Part shown: positions 57,264 through 64,000 of the stretch, in pieces
Layout of the letters: every line of letters begins with the position of its first letter
How positions within the stretch are numbered: position 1 is the stretch's first letter
DNA from: Somniosus microcephalus
Taxonomy: Eukaryota
DNA length: 64,000 bases
Direction of reading: 5' to 3'
Assembly (NCBI GenBank): GCA_052327205.1
Contig: CM126233.1
Location: 38,564,001 to 38,628,000, forward strand
Translations under genes and position numbers: made by a program
The notes under the pieces: generated by a model
What the model was told of the DNA's origin: nothing
What the model saw: only the letters and a program-made list of their open reading frames with translations
Databases searched by the model: none

Positions 57264-58089
57264 CTAAAAAACATTAAAATTCACTTAAAGTTAGAAGCAC
57301 TAGATGATCAATGAACAGCTTTTAAAAAGGTCAAGTGGCAATAAAAGTTGATACAGCCACAAGTTAACAAGGTCAAGGCTCACCAAGCAGGAGCACCAAT
57401 GAACCTTGCTGTGTGACCCATAAATTGCCTATTCTTTAGATCACAACTGGGCACCTGCCCTCTAGGTTTGATCCTCATGGTACATCTCAAGCACTCACTA
57501 TTGAGGAAATGCAAAGCAGGACTTCCAGTAAAAAAACAAAAAAAAAAACTTTTCCCTCAGAATTAAATCACGTGAGCAAAGGCAGACACTCACTGATCGA
57601 GCCTTACTGGGGGCCTCAATCTACTCAACCAGGTTTCCAGGGGAGCAAAGCTCAGAAATGGTGGTCGTGTTGAAGTAAAAAAAAATAAAACTTCCTCTGA
57701 AAGGGTTCAACAATCTCCTCTTTTAATCTTTTGTGAGGGGGCGGAAAAAGGACAGACCGACACATGAAAGATGAAAGTGAAGCACAAGTGGCCTACGCCT
57801 ACAGTAGGCTTAAAAAAAAACTTCCAACAAAATAATTTTGATCAATATAGATATAACAGGTGGGGTGGAAGGGGGGGGGGAAAAGGTTGAAAGAGAAAGC
57901 AAAAAAAACCCAACTCCAGGCATACCACGGTCACTAAATGCCAAGAGTTTGAACTGAGTGAGGTCACAGTCAGACACCCCAAGCTCTGACCGTCAACGTA
58001 ACCAGGTAGGAAATGTAACCCTGCTCAGGATGACCATCCACCCCAAATGTGGGCAAGCCTGCTAGAAGCTAGTAATCTGCGAGATTAGG

Positions 58090-58550
58090 AAAAGACTTGC
58101 ATTTATATAGCACCTTTCACGACCACCAGACGTCTCAAAGTGCTTTACAGCCAATGAAGTACTGTTTGACCTGGAGTCACTGCTGTAACGTGGGAAACGC
58201 AGCAGTCAATTTGCGCACAGCAAGCTCCCACAAACAGCAATGGGATGATGATCAGATAATGTTTTTGTTATGTCGGCTGAGGGGTAAATATTGGCCAGGA
58301 CACCGGGGAGGACTCGCCTGCTCGTCTTTGAAATAGTGCCAGGGGATCTTTTACATCCACCTGAGAGCGCAGTCGGGGGTCACGGTTTAACGTCTCATCC
58401 AAAAGACGGCACCTCCGACAGTGCAGCACTCCCTCAGCACGCACTGGAATATCAGCCTAGCTTTATGTGCTCAAATCCATGGAGTGGGACTTGAACCCAC
58501 GACCTTCTGACTCAGAGGCAAGTGGGCTACCAACTGAACCACAGCTAACA
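58090..58550 (-). mobile_element. Deu-domain tRNA SINE (SacSINE1-like), near full length
   Basis: B box ggacttgaacc at about 58487-58497, Deu core, L2-like tail. Confidence 0.85.
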
Positions 58551-58584
58551 CTAAAGGAACCATTTAGGTCGAGGCGCTCTCAGT

Positions 58585-59005
58585 GAACCAGTGTAAGCGG
58601 GTAGCACCCTCGCCTCGGAGTCAGAAGGTTGTGGGTTCAAGTCCCACTCCAGAGACTGGAGCACAAACACTCAGCCGATATTCCAGTGCAGTGCTGAGGA
58701 GTGCTGCACTGTCGGAGGTGCCGTCTTTTGGATGAGACGTTAAACCGTGGCCCTGACTGCTCTCTCAGGTGGATGTAAAAGATCCCATGGCACTATTTTG
58801 AAGAGCAGGGGAGGACTCCCCTGGTGTCCTGGCCAATATTTATCCCTCAACCAACATCTATCTGGTCATTATCACATTGCTGTTTGAGAGAGCTTGCTGC
58901 GTTTCCTACATTAGTGACTACACTTCAAAAAGTACTTCATTGGCTGGAAAGTGTTTTAAGCTGTCCGGTGGTCGTGAAAGGCGCTACAGAAATGCAAGTC
59001 TTTTT
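58585..59005 (+). mobile_element. Deu-domain tRNA SINE (SacSINE1-like), near full length
   Basis: B box GGTTCAAGTCC at 58634-58644; gctgcactgtcggaggtgccgtctt...taaaagatcccatggcacta; tail shared with L2. Confidence 0.85.
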
Positions 59006-59609
59006 TTCTCCATTCACACTGCAAGCCTACATCCACAGGCAGAAAAAACACAAACTAAACTTGTTCCCGACAGCAGAGGGAGCCCTGGTTAAGGCATCAA
59101 AATACTGTGCTCGACAGATGTGGCGGGAGCCAGCTGCAGCAGTTATTTCTTGTTAATCTCCTCTCCCTCACTTCTATCCTCCATCAATTATAGAGGAACT
59201 GTTCCCTACTGATCTGATCATTTACACTACTCAATTCAAAAGGTCACAAGTCAAACCATCCGAATGTTTTTTTAAGCACTACGTTCCCACTTGGCTTATT
59301 TACAATGCTTAATTAAATTATTGGACAATTTGAATGAAGTGCAAAAACTGGCTGGGGTCTCTGGAGTAGTCCATTCACTAAAGAAACTTCAAAGTCTGAA
59401 ATAATGAAAATACTCAGCCTGGAGGTTGGTATCTGAAACGCTACAAAGGGTCTCGACCCAAAACCAGTCAGTCAATTAGCTTTTTCTCTTTTGGCTTCTG
59501 CATGTCCAGCATTTTGTGTTTTTAATAATTAAATTGTTACTAACTACTAGGAGATTCACTAGGGAAAGAAGTCAAATCACCTGTGGCGAGACATTGGAGC
59601 CAAACAGCA

Positions 59610-59710
59610 GTATGAAGGCGGGTAGTTGGAGTGAAGATACAGATCAGCCATGATCTAACTGAATGGCAGAACAGGCTCGAGGGGCTGAATGGCCTCCTCC
59701 TATTCCATTT
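59610..59710 (+). mobile_element. CR1 3' tail
   Basis: agatcagccatgatct...gaatggcagaacaggctcgaggggctgaatggcct. Confidence 0.75.
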
Positions 59711-60177
59711 GTTTGATAAAGTACATGATGTGGGGTGCCAAGGATGGGGAGGGAATTCATACACAGACTTGCAGTCTCCCCCCCCCCCAAAGTATGTGAC
59801 TCAAGTCAGCATGAACAGTGGCCTTGCTCACTGCTGCATGATACAGCCTGTTGGAAATATCCCACACTGGTGCAGTACCAAGACCATGTGTGGTATGGGC
59901 TTAGGCATGTTATTGGGGAAAAGGAGGCAGCTTTACTTGGCATTGGACTGCTATTCTTGACAGAATAACTGGAGCCACACAGACCAGGACGACCTCCGGT
60001 TCAATCCCGAGGATGTGCTGAGTTTGCTGGTCTTGGGCAAAGAGGTGGCACATGGGCTGCTACTGGCATGGGAGGGGGGAATAAACAAAAGCAAAACATG
60101 GTGGCAACTCCTGATCACTTGACAGCAACCCACTCTGGAAGTGTGCACACGTGAATAGGGTGAATTATTGAATGATC

Positions 60178-60660
60178 AGTACAGGATGCCATTCGGCCCA
60201 TCATGCCAGCTCATTGGTAGAGCTATCCAATTAATCCCACTCCCCTGCTCTTTCCCCATAGCCCTTTAAAAAAAAATTACATTCAAGTATTTATCCAATT
60301 CCCTTTTGAATCTGCTTCCACCGCCCTTTCAGACAGCACATTCCAGGTCACAACTCGCTGCGTAAAAAAATGTTTCTTATTCTTCCCTCTGGCTCTTTTG
60401 CCAATTACCTTAAATGTCTCCCCTCTGGTTACCCACCTTCCCCCCCCACTGGAAACAGTTGCTTCTCATTTACTCCATCAAAACCTTCATGACTTTGAAC
60501 ACCTATCAAATCGCCTTTACCTGCTCTGCTTTAAGGAGGAGAACAATTCCAGCTTCTCCAGTCTCCACATAACGGAAGCCCTCATCCCGGGTACCATTCT
60601 AGTAAATCTCCTCTACACCCTCTCCAAGGCCATGACATCCTTCCTAAAGTGAGGTGCCCA
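60178..60660 (-). mobile_element. CR1 3' fragment
   Basis: Inverse of 2100-2560. Confidence 0.8.
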
Positions 60661-60899
60661 GTCTTGAAGACAGGATCTGATCTGCTGTGATGCCTACTGT
60701 AGTCAAACAGCCCATCAACACTCACTGTCAAAGCTCACAAATTAAAGACCATGAGTAAGGTAGCAGAGTGTGGCTGCTGCCCACAAAACCCTGACTCCAG
60801 CATGAGGAAAGAGAAAACAAGGATCTTAAAGAATATACAGTAGCTTTACTACATTACAGTCACACGCCCACAACAGCTTCCCCACATTACACCAAGATT

Positions 60900-61100
60900 C
60901 ATCGTTCGGCCCAACTGCCTGCCTCTCTCCCGCGGCCATGTTCGCGCCCGGGTGGCCATGGAGATGGAGCACACTGCGTCCTCTGGCACGCTCGAGGCCT
61001 TCCGCGACCGGTGAGCGCCACAGAAACCGGAGTGCATCACCACCCCGGCCAACGAAATTTTAATTGAATTGGTTAAGTTTTATTTAGTTATTTTAGTTAC
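60900..61100 (+). mobile_element. Tx1/L1-type LINE 3' fragment
   Basis: CpG-rich; reads PNCLPLSRGHVRARVAMEMEHTASSGTLEAFRDR*APQKPECI, resembling a Tx1 ORF2 C-terminus, followed by a T-rich 3'UTR. Confidence 0.55.
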
Positions 61101-63189
61101 AGTCTATTTGTTTATGTGCCCATCAGAAGAGTACACCACGATTCAGTTGCTTGAAGTACAATTAAAACCCAACACAATAACGTCTGTACAAGTCATACTT
61201 GGCAGGAGGGAAATCTTACAATGTTAATCACTTCAGAAAATCCCCTGCCTTGATCCCTAGGTTCAGCAGAGTCACATTCCAGCTGCAAGCTTACTCTGAA
61301 GCAAGGCAAGATTCCTGTGGCACAGAGATTCTTTGGGTCATTTTAAAGTATAATCGCACAGGAAGGGCTCACTCTCCAAGGAACCAAGTACATATCACAG
61401 CTCGTGCCACCAGTAAGATGGACTTGGGATCCCGGCACTCATGGTTAAACTTCAAGGCTCGAGTGGATTGACTTCAAGTCCTGTAAAGCAAAGCCTTGTC
61501 GCAAAACTGATAGATGGATAGCGCTACCTACACTCTAGTGCATGAAGCAGCAGGCTCCAACAAGCAGAATTCTTCCTCACTTAACCAGACACACCCAAGC
61601 CCTGCAATCTGCTCTCCTTAGCAGTCAGAGGTAACTATAGCATGCCTGCACCATAATGAACACAAATTTCCACAACAGGAGAGGCATGCAGTATGGAATT
61701 CAAAGACCACCTCAGAAGCAGTGTGCAGGTTCTCTGCAAAGTGTGGCTGTCTGTAAACAGTGGGTTTGCCGTTTTGCAATGTATTTTGTATCAGTGCCGG
61801 ATACTGGGCCATGTCCACATAGAAAGTGGGAAGCACAAACAGTGTCTGATGAATTCACTTCCTTAAACACAGTAGCACCTGTTCCATTACCAGAAACACA
61901 AATATAATGAACCAACATTCACTAGTTATTCATGGGCCAAGTTACATGCAGAGGTTTCTTGTATTTGCTAGATAGAAATAAAAGCTTGCGGTACTCTGCT
62001 ACAAATTTACATTTGCCACAATCTCATGTCTTTGCCCAATAATGTAACAGTCTCATTTCCACACCCTATTCTTATGGTTCACATCCCGTTGCCAATTTAA
62101 TCGGCAGTTCTATGCTGTCCTAGCCACCATGGACTAAGTTAAAACTCCCCAGAGTCAGTGATCATTGGACAGTCAGCAGGGAGGGGCAAATTCCCTCTCC
62201 TGTCTGGATCCAAACCCCACAGGTGAAAGGGCAACATTCTAACTCATCAAATTCAGATTGTTTTCAATTTAAAAAAATGCTCAGTGTTTTGCAGATGCAC
62301 CCAGCTTGCTTTCTGCTGGCTTAACTGCCAGAGCCTTGGGTACAGATTCAGATTTCTTGCTCCTCCTAGCATCACAGTCCCTCTGTGGACACCTTCAAGC
62401 AGCTAAGCTCAGCATTTGCTGTTCTCATACACAGGTACTGAATGCAGTTAAGTCTGAGATTTTCCTCCTGTTCCAGTTCAGGCTGTGCAATTTAACCTTG
62501 ATTGCAGCCAACACTGGATTCTGCAGGAGGTCGCACTTCCTAAATGGATGCACGGAGTAGTTTCAAACCAGACCCAACGACTGACTCATGGTGTGCCACT
62601 TTTGCAGCGACCTTTAGCCAAGGTGCTCCTCTCAATTAGTTTGCTGAAGCCAGGAAATTCCTTATATCTGTTCATAACAAGTGCTTGTACTGCCAATAAG
62701 CCACCTCTATCCCAAGAAATATAGACTTAATGACACTGCCATTTCTTTCTGATTGAGACAGGAATGGTGGACAGGAAGGTCACTAAAAAAGTCACCTTCA
62801 CAATTGAAGTTATTGCCCATCATCTTACTCCCATACATGTGCAAGCATCCATTACAACATCTCATTATTAAATAGTGAATGTTTCACCACAGGCCAGCTT
62901 GCTGGCAGGAGTTGCTGGGCTGGACTCAAAGTTGGGCTAAAGTGGCACAATGAAGGTTTCTGGCTTACGTTTCATGTGTTACTCCTCTCCTTTATGAAGT
63001 AGTGGCTTGTGATCTTTAACATCCATCTGAACTACTAGCACAGGCAAGAGTTGAGGGAGCCATCGGTAGAGTAGGCCACTTCTATTTTGTGTCCAACTTG
63101 ATATCAATGTTTAATGCTCATGTGCCCAGTTTAGTGTCACACCCAAAGCATGGCATCTGCTCAGTAATGCCACAAGTGTCAGCCCACAT

Positions 63190-63290
63190 TAAAAGACTTG
63201 CATTTCTGTAGCGCCTTTCACGACCCAAAGCAGTTTTACAGCCAATGAAGTACTTTTGAAGTGTAGTCACTTTTGCAGGGTAGGAAATGG
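63190..63290 (-). mobile_element. Deu-SINE 3' tail
   Basis: aaagacttgcatttctgtagcgcctttcacgacc...acagccaatgaagtact. Confidence 0.75.
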
Positions 63291-64000
63291 TGCATATAAA
63301 CCCACAACTTTGACTCTCTAGCATTAATGCCTCAGAGACCACCACTTTTACCCTGGATTTCACCTGCAGTACTTGCAGCTTAGCAATAAACACCAAGCCC
63401 AAGTTGGATCAGATAGGAAGTGCCCTGCTGGTCCCCTGCCCTGTGACAAATTGAAGAGCAGTCAAAGAAACTGGATCCAAATGCAAATCAAGCTGCAGTA
63501 ATTTGATCCAAATAAATGTATTCATCTTTCTGAACCAAAGTATGCAAGTTTGCCAGTCACTCGATGACCAATAGACATCTAAAAAGAGAAAAAAGTTAGC
63601 TAGAAAAAGCAAGAGTATTAAGGAAGTTTAGAAATCTAGATTTCCAGAGTTCTGTCCCTACATCATACATAGCGGCCAACATGCTGACAGGCCATTTTGC
63701 AGGAAATCCATTGTTCAGCAAAGTACAATTGCAAAATTTTTAATTTTTTTTTTTTTTTTTTTAAAGTGGCAATATTTGAAGTTTACTAAAGTGCATGGAA
63801 CAAAGTAAAGCCATGAACACAGGCAGCGAGCACAATCCAAAGGAACCTCGAGCCAGACTTCAACTAGTCACTTTAAAAAAAGGTTAGCCCAACTAAAAGG
63901 GAGGTAAAGTTAGCAAGTGCAGCACGGCGAGTCTTGTAATGCTCCAATACATGATACCACGCTGCGGCACTCCATCTTAAGCTGCATGACCAGCCTGATC

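Noticed and set aside
60850-61060. CpG-rich patch as SNX1 exon 1 or promoter
   Set aside because: No SNX1 N-terminal sequence on the minus strand; the plus strand resembles a Tx1-type LINE end

Overview
Eukaryotic, intron-rich vertebrate DNA, most likely from a cartilaginous fish (inferred from HE1-type V-SINE, Deu-domain SINEs, HER1-like CR1 and Penelope-like repeats). Two minus-strand sorting-nexin genes were reconstructed by hand from splice sites. SNX1 has coding exons 2-15 at 57263->33718, a 3'UTR to about 31870, and exon 1 beyond the right edge. SNX22 has coding exons 1-5 at 18275->1512, with its last exons beyond the left edge. This is the same SNX1-SNX22 order as human 15q22. The left 25.5 kb is dominated by at least eight different GC-rich tandem arrays that fill SNX22 introns and its upstream region, several stopping within about 30 bp of exons; at least two visibly arose by amplifying short pieces of retroelements (L2, Deu-SINE). 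The remainder is ordinary intron/intergenic DNA with decayed CR1, L2, Rex1, Tx1-like and Penelope-like elements (one carrying a degenerate hammerhead motif) and SINEs. The long repetitive ORFs in the ORF track are repeat artefacts. There is no CRISPR array or prokaryotic system. Family names come from recalled consensus motifs, not database searches, and repeat boundaries are approximate.
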